NCBI GenBank assembly: GCA_965116475.1
Contig: OZ220691.1
Span: forward strand, 64,001 to 128,000
Direction: 5' to 3'
DNA: 64,000 bases
DNA from: Gemmatimonadota bacterium
Lineage (GTDB): Bacteria; Gemmatimonadota; Gemmatimonadetes; Palauibacterales; Palauibacteraceae
Shown here: positions 53,427-63,158 of the stretch, in pieces
Position numbering within the stretch: the stretch's first letter is position 1
Layout of the letters: the number at the start of each line of letters is the position of its first letter
The notes under the pieces: model-generated
Seen by the model: the letters and a program-made list of their open reading frames with translations, nothing else
The model's database searches: none
What the model was told of the DNA's origin: nothing
Program-made: the position numbers and the translations under genes

Positions 53427-56400
53427 CTACGGGTTCCGGCGGTCGTTCTCTCCGTCGGGTTCGTCCCAGAACCCGAAGCCTTCCTTCCGCACTACCTCGA
53501 GCGGAACCGTGTGGGTTTCGTCGCCGATCGTGATCGCCACCGTGTAGCTCCCCGGATCGGCCAGACCGCCTCCGCCCCCGCCGCCGGCGAAGAAGCGACG
53601 GAAGGTCGACATGCCGCCCCGGTCGCGGACGGCCTCGCCCACCTGCTGGAAGACTTCGCGCATGGCCGCAGGGTCGGCGCCGCTCCGGGCGGCCGCAGCG
53701 GCAGCCATGGCCGCGGTGCGGCCCCCTCCCCGGCCTCCGCCCCGCCCCGCCTGTCCGGGCGGCGGATAGCGCTCGGCGGGCCGTTCCTGCCAGTCGGCGG
53801 CGCCGCCGCCTCCTCCACCACCGCCGCCGGTGAACATGCGGATGATGGCGCCCTGGTTGCCGCCCTGCATCATGTCGAGCACCTGGTCCATCGTCTCCCG
53901 CGCAACCCCTTCGTGCTCGACGAGCGAGTCTCCCACGGTCTCGTAAAGCCGTGCGGTGCGAAGGCTGTCCAACCGATCCGCGGGCGACGGCTCCCTCGGC
54001 GCGCTCCGCCGGTTGAAGGTCCACCGCACCCGCTGCACGCCGGCCGCGGCCGAACCGTTCAGCGTCTGCACGGTATCGCCGGCCGCGTTCAGGATCGCGA
54101 TCGAGGCCTGGGGGCGGTTTCCACCCCGCGCGGCTACGATGCCAGACACTGTAAAGGTGCGGCCCGCCGTGCCCGCGGGCATTGCAACGGCGCGGCCCGC
54201 CGCCGCGGCGCCCGCAGCCTCCTCCTCGGCCTCTTCCTCTTCTTCGGCCTCGGCCTCTCCAGCCGCCGCCTCTTCCTCGGCCGCCTCGGCCAGCGCCTCC
54301 GCCACGTCCTCCGGGACGTAGTAGGAGATCTGGGCCCCGTAGTCGCCGGCGTCTGCCTGGAAGTTGCTCTGTGCGACGAACTCGCCGCCCACCGGCGGAT
54401 CCCCGAACTGGATCGCCGTCTTCGGCTGGAACACCGTGACGGCCTCCGGCACGCGCCCGCCGTCCAGTTGCTGCAGAAGCGAGATGTCCGCCACGAAGAT
54501 GGAGCGCCCGTGCGTTCCGGCGATGATCTCGCTTTCGCGCGGGTGGATCTTCAGGTCATGGACCGGCACCGTGGGCAGCCCGTTCATGAAGCGCGACCAC
54601 GACCCGCCCCGGTCCGTCGACACGTAGGCCCCCACGTCCGTCCCCACGAAGAGCAGGTCCGGGTTCACCGGGTCTTCCCGGATCACCTGCACGAAATCCG
54701 GCGCGCCGGTCGGGAGGTTCGACGAGATCGAGCGGAAGGTCTCTCCGGCGTCGTCCGTCACGTAGACGTACGGCGTGTAGTCGTCGCGCCGGTGGTTGTC
54801 GAACGTCACGTAGAAGCGGTTCGGGTCGTGGCTCGAAGCCTCGATCCGACTCACGTACGTCCCCTCCGGCACGCCGTCGAAGCGGTCCGTGAGTTCGATC
54901 CACTCCGCCCCCTCGGGCGTCCGCCACACGCGGCCGTCGTCGGTCCCTGCGTAGAGTTCGCCCTCGTTGAGCTTCGACTCGGCGAGCGAGACGATCGTGG
55001 CGAAGTTCTCCGCCCCGGTGACGTCCGGCGTGATGCCGCCCGTCGTGTTGTACGCGATCTCGATCTTCTCCGGGTCCGCGTAGGTGAGGTCGTCGGAGAT
55101 CGGCGTCATCTCATCCGTGTCGTACGTCCACTTCAGGACGCGGTTCGCCCCGATGTACAGCGTCTGCGGGTCGTGCGGGGACAGTTCGAGCGGCGTGTTC
55201 CAGTTGAACCGCATGTCGTAGAGCGCCGAGTCCTGCGCGACGAGGGCCTGCAGCTCCTCGATCTGCGCCACGTTGCCGGCCGGCGGGTTGTCCGGGTCGT
55301 CGCCCGTCAGGATCGCGATCGAGTCGCGCAGCGTCTGCGTGCGCTCGCGCCAGTCCGGATGCTGCAACTGGTGGCGCTCGCCTGTGCGCGTGTTCCGCCA
55401 GTAGATGCGCCCCTGCTGCGATTCCCCGAACACGATGTCCGGGTTCGTCGGGTCCTGCGGCGCGTAGAAGCCGTCGCCGCCCCCGATCGAATACCACATG
55501 TGATTGTCGATGGAGCCGCCGGCGCGGGCGCTCGGGCCGCACCACGTATAGTTGTCCTGCAGTCCGCCGCAGACGCGGTAGGGCGTGTCCATGTTGTAGC
55601 TGACCGCATAGAACTGTCCCATGGGAATACGGTTGGGGAACTCGAAGTTGCCGCCCCGGTCCCACGTAATCGCGATCCCGCCGTCATTGCCCAGTATGAA
55701 GTGGTCCGGATTGGTGGGGTCCCACCACAGTGCGTGATAGTCGACGTGTACGCCCTGGGCCGGGTTGCCGACCGTGCGGCCCCCGTCCCGGGAAAAGAAG
55801 AGGGAGGACCAGTAGATGAAGTCGGGGTCGTCCGGCGACACCCAGACGCCGGAATAGTAGAAGGGCCGCGAGTTGTTCGAGTTCATGAACTCCCACGTCT
55901 CGCCGCCGTCGGCGGAGCGGTACAGACCGGAGGCGTGACGGTCCCCGTTCTCATCCGCCTCCTCTGGAGCTTCCGCCTCGACCATCGCATACATGACCTG
56001 CGGATAGCTCGGCGCGATCTCGATCTCGAGCCGCCCCAGCATGGTCTCGGGGAGGCCGTTGCCCTCGACCTTCTCCCACGTGTCGCCGGCATCGGTGGAC
56101 TTCCAGATCGCGCTCCCGGGGCCGCCGCTGTTGAAGAAGTACGGGCCGCGCACGCGTTCCCAGCTCGTCGCCCACAGGATGTCGGGATTCCGCGGATGCA
56201 TGTCGACATCGACGAATCCCGCCTTGTCGGACACGAAGTTGATGCGCTCCCACGTGTCGCCACCGTCCTTCGTCCGGTAGAGCCCGCGCTCCTCGTTGTC
56301 CCCCCAGGGGTGCCCGAGCGCCGCGACGTACACCCAGTCCGCCTTCGTCGGGTGGACGACGATGCGGCCGATCGCCTGCGTGTCCTCCAGCCCCTTCAGC

Positions 56401-56816
56401 TCCCACGTGAGCCCGCCGTCGACGGACTTGTAGATGCCGCCTCCGGGCGAGATCGAGTTGCGCGAGTCTTCCTCGCCGGTCCCGGCCCACACGATGTCCG
56501 GGTTGCTCGGCGCGATCGCCATGTCGCCCATCGAGACGACCCGCTCGTTGTCGAAGACGGGGCGGTAGGTCGTCCCGTTGTTCGTCGTCTTCCAGATCCC
56601 GCTCGACGCGCCCGCGATGAAGAAGGTCCCGGTGCCGGGAATCCCTTCGATGTCGGTGACCCGCCCGGCCATGTTCGCCGGGCCGATGGAACGCCATTCC
56701 ATCTCGGCCATGAAATCCTCATCGGCCACGGCCTCCTGGGCGGCCGCCGGGGCCGGGAGGAGGGTCGGGAGGAGGGCCGTCGCGAAGAGGACGGGGAGAA
56801 ACGCACGCTTCAGCAT
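53427..56816 (-). CDS. Secreted BNR/Asp-box repeat (VPS10/sortilin-like) beta-propeller protein
   Basis: Signal peptide, WRSIGPANMAGR and many S.DGG.TW Asp-boxes, with a low-complexity C-terminus. Confidence 0.9.
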   Translation of the reverse strand: MLKRAFLPVLFATALLPTLLPAPAAAQEAVADEDFMAEMEWRSIGPANMAGRVTDIEGIPGTGTFFIAGASSGIWKTTNNGTTYRPVFDNERVVSMGDMAIAPSNPDIVWAGTGEEDSRNSISPGGGIYKSVDGGLTWELKGLEDTQAIGRIVVHPTKADWVYVAALGHPWGDNEERGLYRTKDGGDTWERINFVSDKAGFVDVDMHPRNPDILWATSWERVRGPYFFNSGGPGSAIWKSTDAGDTWEKVEGNGLPETMLGRLEIEIAPSYPQVMYAMVEAEAPEEADENGDRHASGLYRSADGGETWEFMNSNNSRPFYYSGVWVSPDDPDFIYWSSLFFSRDGGRTVGNPAQGVHVDYHALWWDPTNPDHFILGNDGGIAITWDRGGNFEFPNRIPMGQFYAVSYNMDTPYRVCGGLQDNYTWCGPSARAGGSIDNHMWYSIGGGDGFYAPQDPTNPDIVFGESQQGRIYWRNTRTGERHQLQHPDWRERTQTLRDSIAILTGDDPDNPPAGNVAQIEELQALVAQDSALYDMRFNWNTPLELSPHDPQTLYIGANRVLKWTYDTDEMTPISDDLTYADPEKIEIAYNTTGGITPDVTGAENFATIVSLAESKLNEGELYAGTDDGRVWRTPEGAEWIELTDRFDGVPEGTYVSRIEASSHDPNRFYVTFDNHRRDDYTPYVYVTDDAGETFRSISSNLPTGAPDFVQVIREDPVNPDLLFVGTDVGAYVSTDRGGSWSRFMNGLPTVPVHDLKIHPRESEIIAGTHGRSIFVADISLLQQLDGGRVPEAVTVFQPKTAIQFGDPPVGGEFVAQSNFQADAGDYGAQISYYVPEDVAEALAEAAEEEAAAGEAEAEEEEEAEEEAAGAAAAGRAVAMPAGTAGRTFTVSGIVAARGGNRPQASIAILNAAGDTVQTLNGSAAAGVQRVRWTFNRRSAPREPSPADRLDSLRTARLYETVGDSLVEHEGVARETMDQVLDMMQGGNQGAIIRMFTGGGGGGGGGAADWQERPAERYPPPGQAGRGGGRGGGRTAAMAAAAAARSGADPAAMREVFQQVGEAVRDRGGMSTFRRFFAGGGGGGGLADPGSYTVAITIGDETHTVPLEVVRKEGFGFWDEPDGENDRRNP

Positions 56817-56989
56817 GATTCGCGGCTCCTGGCTGTGGTGGTGCTCGTGGGCGCAGTGGCGCCTGATCGGCGCTTTGTCGGTGCCTTGTCGGCGCAAGTG
56901 AGTAGACACCCGCGCGCGGCTTGGCGTTTGAGGAAGCGCCACACCGCGCGGCAAGCGCCAGGCCTGAAGTGCAGCGGGTCGAAGGGTTA

Positions 56990-57073
56990 TGCCGGAGGAG
57001 GGACTCGAACCCTCAAGGGATTGCTCCCACCGGATTTTGAGTCCGGCGCGTCTGCCAGTTCCGCCACTCCGGC
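56990..57073 (-). tRNA. tRNA-Leu(CAA)
   Basis: GCCGGAGTGGCGGAACTGGCAGACGCGCCGGACTCAAAATCCGGTGGGAGCAATCCCTTGAGGGTTCGAGTCCCTCCTCCGGCA has a long variable arm and anticodon CAA. CCA is not encoded. Confidence 0.96.
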
Positions 57074-57117
57074 GCGCGAGCGCGGCCCTCAGATCTACAA
57101 CGGCGGGCCGCGCGCGG

Positions 57118-58401
57118 CTATTGCATCTCGTCGAGCGCCTGGTACACCAGCGTGCGCAGCTTCGCGTGATCGTCCACGCCGGCCGTCGGGATGAGCTGCG
57201 TGAAGTAGACGACGACGAGATCCTCGGCGGGGTCCACCCAGTAGGTGGAGTGGTACGCTCCACCCCACCCGTACTCGCCCACCGAGCCGGGGGTTCCGCG
57301 CGCCCCGAGATCGGCCAGCACGCTGAACCCGAGGCCGAAGCCGACCCCGCCGTCCCAGTTGAACCGGTCCCCCACGTGGTTGACCGTCATGAGGTCGACG
57401 CTCTTGCTCGACAGGATGCGGGCGCCGTCGAGTTCGCCGCCGTTCAGCATCATCTGGAGGAAGCGGGCGTAGTCGTGCGCCGTGGAGAGGAGCCCGGCGC
57501 CGCCGGAGAAGCTCGTTCGCGGGCCGTCGACGTAGGCGCCCTGGCCGACCATGCCGCCCGGATCGGGCGCCGGCTCGAGTCCGCCCCCGGAAGCCGAGTA
57601 CACGACGCTGAGCCGGTCGCGCTTCTCCTCGGGCAGGTAGAAGTGCGTGTCCACCATGCCCAGCGGCTCGAAGATCCGCGCGCGGAGAAAGCCGGCCAGC
57701 GGCTCGCCCGACACCTCCTCGACGAGGGCGCCGAGGATGTCCGTCGCGTAGCCGTACACGAAGCGTTCGCCCGGCTGCGCGTCCATGGGGAGGGCGGCCA
57801 TGCGCCGCACGGTCTCCCGGACCGGCTCGTCGCGGTGCGCGAAGTACCAGCCCTGAATGCCGGCCTCCTCCCACAGTTCCGCCGCCGCGCCGCCCCCGTA
57901 GCCGATGCCGGCCGTGTGCGTGAGCAGGTCCCGGATCGTGATCGGCCGGTTCGCGGGCACGATGTCGTATCCGCCCGCTCCGTCGGGGACGGCGACCGTC
58001 GTCTCCATGTACTCGGGAAGATAGCGGCCGAGCGGGTCGGAGATGAGGAGTCCTCCCTCTTCCTGGAGGATCATGACGCCGACGCTCACGATCGCCTTCG
58101 TCTGCGAGGCGATGCGGAAGATGTCGTCCGTCTCCATGGGATCGCCGGCCGCGACGTCGCGGTGGCCGACCGCCTCGAGATAGGAGACCTCGCCCCCGCG
58201 CGCGACGAGCGCGACGGCGCCGGCCAGTTCTCCCTCCGTCACGTAGGATTCCAGGGCGCCGCTGAGCCGCTCCAGCCGACCCGCATCCGCGTCCGACTCG
58301 GCCGCCGTCGACGACCCCGGGGCACGGGCAACGGCGAGCGCCCCTCCGACCACGAGCACCGGGAGCACGCCCCACAGGAGGCGCCTGGGCATTCTGTTCA
58401 T
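57118..58401 (-). CDS. Serine hydrolase, beta-lactamase class C / esterase family VIII-like, secreted
   Basis: FRIASQTK (SxxK), LLTHTAG, PGE.F.Y and YGWGG, with a signal peptide. Confidence 0.92.
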   Translation of the reverse strand: MNRMPRRLLWGVLPVLVVGGALAVARAPGSSTAAESDADAGRLERLSGALESYVTEGELAGAVALVARGGEVSYLEAVGHRDVAAGDPMETDDIFRIASQTKAIVSVGVMILQEEGGLLISDPLGRYLPEYMETTVAVPDGAGGYDIVPANRPITIRDLLTHTAGIGYGGGAAAELWEEAGIQGWYFAHRDEPVRETVRRMAALPMDAQPGERFVYGYATDILGALVEEVSGEPLAGFLRARIFEPLGMVDTHFYLPEEKRDRLSVVYSASGGGLEPAPDPGGMVGQGAYVDGPRTSFSGGAGLLSTAHDYARFLQMMLNGGELDGARILSSKSVDLMTVNHVGDRFNWDGGVGFGLGFSVLADLGARGTPGSVGEYGWGGAYHSTYWVDPAEDLVVVYFTQLIPTAGVDDHAKLRTLVYQALDEMQ

Positions 58402-58518
58402 CCTTCGACTCTCCAGCTTCTCATTCCCTCTTGAAAACGATCGGTCACGCCCCCCTTGATCTTGCCAATTCGAATCGCCTGACACCAGTTAACCGCCGTA
58501 GCACCCCTCCCCACCGTC

Positions 58519-60159
58519 CTAACCACCTGGACCATGGCGTCTCTGCCATTCGAACTCGTCGAGTCCGATCCGAGATAGGTTCCTTGCAACTCGATGTGCA
58601 AGGCGCTGCGCAAACGACGTCTTGAGATCGCCAACCCAAATGAACTGTTCCCCCGATTCGCTCTCAAACATCCAGACACCACCGTCAGCCTCGCTCACCA
58701 CTGTACGCGTAGCTAGGTCAGGTCGAAAAGAAATTGTCGTGATGTGAGAAGGTTTGGCGCTTACCTTCAGGCAGATCTCATCGCCAGCTGTATCCCTCGT
58801 TACTATGTCGAAAATAGAGGTGTCGCGAGACAGCGGTACAAAAAGGAACTGCGTGAGCTCTGTTAAACGGACAGCGTCACAAGCCGGCTGGATGCATATC
58901 AGGTATTCCCCTCCCCGCTGAACAATGCTCCCGAGGCCAAGTTTCGCTCGATAACTTGGCGCAACAGAACGCGGTTCGCGAGCATGCGCACTGACACGAG
59001 CAAACTCCCGATGCGCAGCGACACCGCGCTCCAGGTCGTCGCTCAAGAGCAAGTACAATCGCTTATGGAGCTTCTTTTGTGACTCCGCTCCACTCGCGAC
59101 ATCGGGAATCGCCGCAAGGCCTAATGGGCCTTCGTCGATCAGGTTCATGATATCGGACACAGACACGATCCTAGAACCCTCTTCTGAATCTGTCCGGGTC
59201 ATGAGTCGGAACTCTACCCCCTCGCCTTCACGCTCGTTAAGCGCTGCCTGAAGGGCATCGCGACCGGCGTAAGCTGAGCCAATCATCTGCCCGTCCAGTA
59301 CCGCTAAGAACTCGGAAGCTACAAGATCGACTGCATAATCTTCGGCATCCTCCGGCCACTCGAGCAAAAGCCGATGGGTCACGTACGGGCCGTCAAGTTC
59401 ACGGTGAAACCGGGCGAGCATTCGGTGCGTATCGTCTCGGATCGCGGCGACGCACGCAAGAGCCACGTTTCCGAGGAGTCCCTTTCCGATTTCGACGAAT
59501 TCGTCGATCAACCGATCAGCCAAATCCCGCTCTTCAATCCCGCCGCTGATAGCCGAACTGCGTCCCTTACGGATGAACAGTATCCTTGTCTGGTCTTTTG
59601 CCAAAGCGAGCACGTTGCCGGGTCGTTCCAGCTGACTAAACCCGTCCAGATCATCGTTCACTGAAGCAGAGATGGTGTTTAGATTTGGCTCAGCTGTGTA
59701 GACGACAACTAATCGCAGCCTCCCACCCACCTTCGCATCGTCTTCAATGAGATCGGAAATGATACTTGTCGCTCGGTCTCCTTCGTCTCCAAGCTGCCAA
59801 TCAAGAATCACGATGTCAGCTCGCCGCGACGCACGTAGTGTCTCGGTCGTAGCGTCTTCCGCCGCGTTCGGCGCTAGTACTGTGCAGACCACACCGCGCG
59901 CCGCGAAACTCGTCATGAGGGTCCTCGCATCTAACGGGCCACCTGTGGGCCCCAACTCACCCCCCGTGACCGGATCCGCCATGTCATCTCCGCTGTCGAC
60001 AGCATCCACGGCCTCACCGACAGGCTCCTGTACGGTAGTGGGTTCGTCCGGGCGACCCATGACTGCGCGATCATCCAGTACGACCACGGTTTGAAGAAAC
60101 CGCTCCACTACCGTCCGAGACAGATCTCCAAACGCTGGGAGCGATGCGGAGTGACTCAA
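58519..60159 (-). CDS. Response-regulator receiver-like protein with a large uncharacterised C-terminal region
   Basis: VVVLDD, DIVILDW, VVVYT and FIRK receiver motifs. No HTH. C-terminal YLICIQPACD motif. Confidence 0.85.
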   Translation of the reverse strand: MSHSASLPAFGDLSRTVVERFLQTVVVLDDRAVMGRPDEPTTVQEPVGEAVDAVDSGDDMADPVTGGELGPTGGPLDARTLMTSFAARGVVCTVLAPNAAEDATTETLRASRRADIVILDWQLGDEGDRATSIISDLIEDDAKVGGRLRLVVVYTAEPNLNTISASVNDDLDGFSQLERPGNVLALAKDQTRILFIRKGRSSAISGGIEERDLADRLIDEFVEIGKGLLGNVALACVAAIRDDTHRMLARFHRELDGPYVTHRLLLEWPEDAEDYAVDLVASEFLAVLDGQMIGSAYAGRDALQAALNEREGEGVEFRLMTRTDSEEGSRIVSVSDIMNLIDEGPLGLAAIPDVASGAESQKKLHKRLYLLLSDDLERGVAAHREFARVSAHAREPRSVAPSYRAKLGLGSIVQRGGEYLICIQPACDAVRLTELTQFLFVPLSRDTSIFDIVTRDTAGDEICLKVSAKPSHITTISFRPDLATRTVVSEADGGVWMFESESGEQFIWVGDLKTSFAQRLAHRVARNLSRIGLDEFEWQRRHGPGG

Positions 60160-60161
60160 GG

Positions 60162-63158
60162 CTATCCATCCTTCCGCCGCGGCCCTCGCGGCTGTTCTGC
60201 TTCCGAATCTTCTTTCGTGGGAGAGATGCGGAATTGCGCTCCTTCCCCCTCAACGAAGCGGTCCAGCTTCAGCTCGTAACCGATTTCCTTCAGTATCTGC
60301 CTCGAAATGTACAAGCCCATGCCGCGGCCGCCCGGGCGTCTTGTGAACCCCATTTCAAATACGGACGCCGCATCTCGCGGAGGTATCCCCGGCCCGCTAT
60401 CACCCACGAGAAACGCACCACCAGTCGCATCCAGTTCAATTACCCGCTCACGCCCCCGATCTCGACTCGACACCCAGAAAATCGCGTTATCCACGAGGTT
60501 CACAAAACAAGGATAGAAGGAGGAGGGGAATCCAACGATCTCTGCCTCGCGAAACGCATCGGTAGCCGACAACTCAACTTCATGACGCTTTAGGCGTTGC
60601 CCAAAGAGGTCCATAAGAAAATGATACACGTCGCTACCTCGAATCCGGACGCGACGACGTTGCAGTCGTCGATCCAGCGGCGTGAAGAGGGTGAGATATC
60701 CATCGAGATGGTCGAAGTTCGCTCGAATGTCCCGATAAACTATACTCAACTTTTCGTTAGCGTCGGACCACGGCTTAAGGAGTCTCAAATTCGTTCTTAT
60801 GCCCTGGATGGCGCTCGCAAATTCATGATGTACGATACCAAGAGCCATCCCTACCTGCGCCAACTGGAGTCCTGCACTCTCCCTCTCACGTAGAGCTTCC
60901 AATTCCTCCTCCAGAGCGTCCGTCACTTCCGGCAGCTCGAGACCCTCCTGCGTTCCGAGGAGCCTGACGTGCTCTCGTAGGCTCTCCAGGTTCGCCGTCT
61001 CGACATCTCCGACTTCGGCGATTCGCCGTTCCAACTGAGTGCGCACGCTGTCGAAGTCCGCCGCTGCCAGCGAACTCGTATCGGTCCTCTCGAAATCACT
61101 CAACGTCTCGCGGATGGCATTGTGCACAGCCGCCAACCGATCTCGAGTCTCGGACACCACACGCCCCTGGGCTTCCCGTAGTTCGGCCCGCGTGTCACGG
61201 CCGAGGAACGTCGCCCTGTCCAACTGTGCGTCGCTTGCATCCGAAAGGACTCGGCTCAGGCGTCGGCGGTAATCGATATCCGCGCGCAATCGCGTCGTCT
61301 GTCTTGAAACGATGGCGGCAAGTTCCACCGCAGCTGGCTCCCAGACTTTCGTCGTAAGTCGACTTCGTTCGAGCCTGTACGCTTCCCAGTCCGATTGCAT
61401 TCTACGTGTTAGACCAAATCCCCGCGGCCGCGACACCCAATATTCCTCTTGAATCGCGAGCAAGGCCGAATGAGATTCACTCTCAAGATCTAACATGTGT
61501 TGAGCCAGATCTTCACGACCTTCATGCACAGCAAGTCCGTCGAATCGATTCCTCGCCTCCTCCAGAAGCTGCGCAGTGGCGGCCTCAGGCTCACGAGCGT
61601 TAACCGATTCAAAGAAGGCGTCAAGATCTCTTCCAAACTTCGCGCGGCGGACGCGCACCTGTTTCTCACGCCGCCGACGGAGACGCTCGTTCCGCTCCAG
61701 GTCGTCACGCGTTGTTAGGAAGTCCTCGGCATGCAACCCTCCCACGCGAAAGAACTCTCCCGCCAGCTGTACAAAAAAATGCTCCAGAAGGCGCTTCAAC
61801 TGGCGATAGGCAAGGTTTTCGCGAAATCCCTCGCGGCCGGCCTTTTCAACCAGATTTGGGTTTTCCTCGCGGGTGATGTCGATCACACCAAAGATTCGCC
61901 GATAGGAAAAGTAGTAATACGATGCGCTTTTTGTGCGTCGTTGCTCGATATTCAGGAAATCATAATCTGAATTACCGTATGGGAGTATCCGGATGCCGTC
62001 ACGATAAATGTATAGGCCGCCGATGCGATTGAGCTTCGCCTTAAGCCGAGCGTGATCTTCCGGGGGCATTCTCGTGACTCGAGGCTGGCCTTGAACGTAA
62101 GCGAAATTGATCTTCAGCGGCCCACAGCGAAGCCGCCTGCCCCGCGCTTCTGGCCACGGCAGAAGATACTCGACGGGATCTCTCCCATACACTTGGACCG
62201 TCCCCCGAAACTGGCCGAAATCATCGAAGGATCCAGACACGTGATGATCAGCTTTCTCAAACTCCTCCGGCGTAAAGAAGGCCGATCCCGCGATCCGTTC
62301 GTATATTGTTCCGTCCAACGCGTGATCGCGGAAACGTGCCTGAATTGCCTGAGTTCGGCGTCCAGAGGCCATGGTGTTAGTGAAGCCAATTAGAACCTTG
62401 ATGAGTGCTGGAGCGATATCGCTATTTGGGGACCCATCGATATCCTCGGGTAAGGTCTCCTCCGTCGGCAAGATGATGAAGTGGGTCCCACAACCTTCGT
62501 CGATCAGTGTGGGACCCCGTGGCAGCGTCGGATATAGCCCACGCGGGTCAAGGTCGAGATGAGCAAGCTCGGCCAGTATCGGCGTAAGGTGGGACTCAGG
62601 AAGATCGCGAGCCAGGGTAACTACGTTGCTATGTACTTCAGCGACCAGTTCGGCAACTAGAGCACGAGATGGCAGAGTGCCTCCCGGTAGCGCGCGTATA
62701 GGTATGTGGATGTCACTCAGATCTACGCCGGGAAGACGGAAAACACCCCAGTTGATGAAGGCTACTACGAGTTCATCCGGCTCGGCTTTGGAACGTGTAA
62801 GGACAAGGACTTGTGGTCCGATTGCAGCTATGGCGAGACGACCAATGCCCTTCTCGCCCATGATTGGCCGCAGGTCCTGGTCGGGGTCTGAGGGAGGCGG
62901 GTTCAAGCCGAATCCCGCGGCTAACTTACTCTCGGTCCCAAGAGTAAGCCATCGGTCGACAAAGTCCTGGTAAGACATGCCGATCCCATCGTCTCGAAGG
63001 ACGAAGAGACCGGAGCTCCGAAAGAAATCAACTTCGACCCGATGGGCATAGGCATCATGGGCGTTCTTGAAGAGCTCGCTGATCGCGGTTGGCACACCAG
63101 CGATCTGCTGTCTACCCAGCATGTCAAGAGCACGAGCACGAACGCGAATGCCTGGCAT
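60162..63158 (-). CDS. MORC/MutL-like GHKL ATPase fused to a coiled coil and a C-terminal histidine kinase
   Basis: N-terminal ELFKNAHDA, DDGIGM and GEKGIGRL. C-terminal GIVHHEF (H-box), NLVDNA (N), DSGPGI (G1), FEMGFT (F) and GRGMGL (G2). Confidence 0.9.
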   Translation of the reverse strand: MPGIRVRARALDMLGRQQIAGVPTAISELFKNAHDAYAHRVEVDFFRSSGLFVLRDDGIGMSYQDFVDRWLTLGTESKLAAGFGLNPPPSDPDQDLRPIMGEKGIGRLAIAAIGPQVLVLTRSKAEPDELVVAFINWGVFRLPGVDLSDIHIPIRALPGGTLPSRALVAELVAEVHSNVVTLARDLPESHLTPILAELAHLDLDPRGLYPTLPRGPTLIDEGCGTHFIILPTEETLPEDIDGSPNSDIAPALIKVLIGFTNTMASGRRTQAIQARFRDHALDGTIYERIAGSAFFTPEEFEKADHHVSGSFDDFGQFRGTVQVYGRDPVEYLLPWPEARGRRLRCGPLKINFAYVQGQPRVTRMPPEDHARLKAKLNRIGGLYIYRDGIRILPYGNSDYDFLNIEQRRTKSASYYYFSYRRIFGVIDITREENPNLVEKAGREGFRENLAYRQLKRLLEHFFVQLAGEFFRVGGLHAEDFLTTRDDLERNERLRRRREKQVRVRRAKFGRDLDAFFESVNAREPEAATAQLLEEARNRFDGLAVHEGREDLAQHMLDLESESHSALLAIQEEYWVSRPRGFGLTRRMQSDWEAYRLERSRLTTKVWEPAAVELAAIVSRQTTRLRADIDYRRRLSRVLSDASDAQLDRATFLGRDTRAELREAQGRVVSETRDRLAAVHNAIRETLSDFERTDTSSLAAADFDSVRTQLERRIAEVGDVETANLESLREHVRLLGTQEGLELPEVTDALEEELEALRERESAGLQLAQVGMALGIVHHEFASAIQGIRTNLRLLKPWSDANEKLSIVYRDIRANFDHLDGYLTLFTPLDRRLQRRRVRIRGSDVYHFLMDLFGQRLKRHEVELSATDAFREAEIVGFPSSFYPCFVNLVDNAIFWVSSRDRGRERVIELDATGGAFLVGDSGPGIPPRDAASVFEMGFTRRPGGRGMGLYISRQILKEIGYELKLDRFVEGEGAQFRISPTKEDSEAEQPRGPRRKDG

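Noticed and set aside
56990-57073. tRNA-Leu as the integration site of the low-GC island
   Set aside because: The tRNA 3' end points away from the island, a host-like gene intervenes, and I saw no duplicated tRNA 3' fragment in the window.
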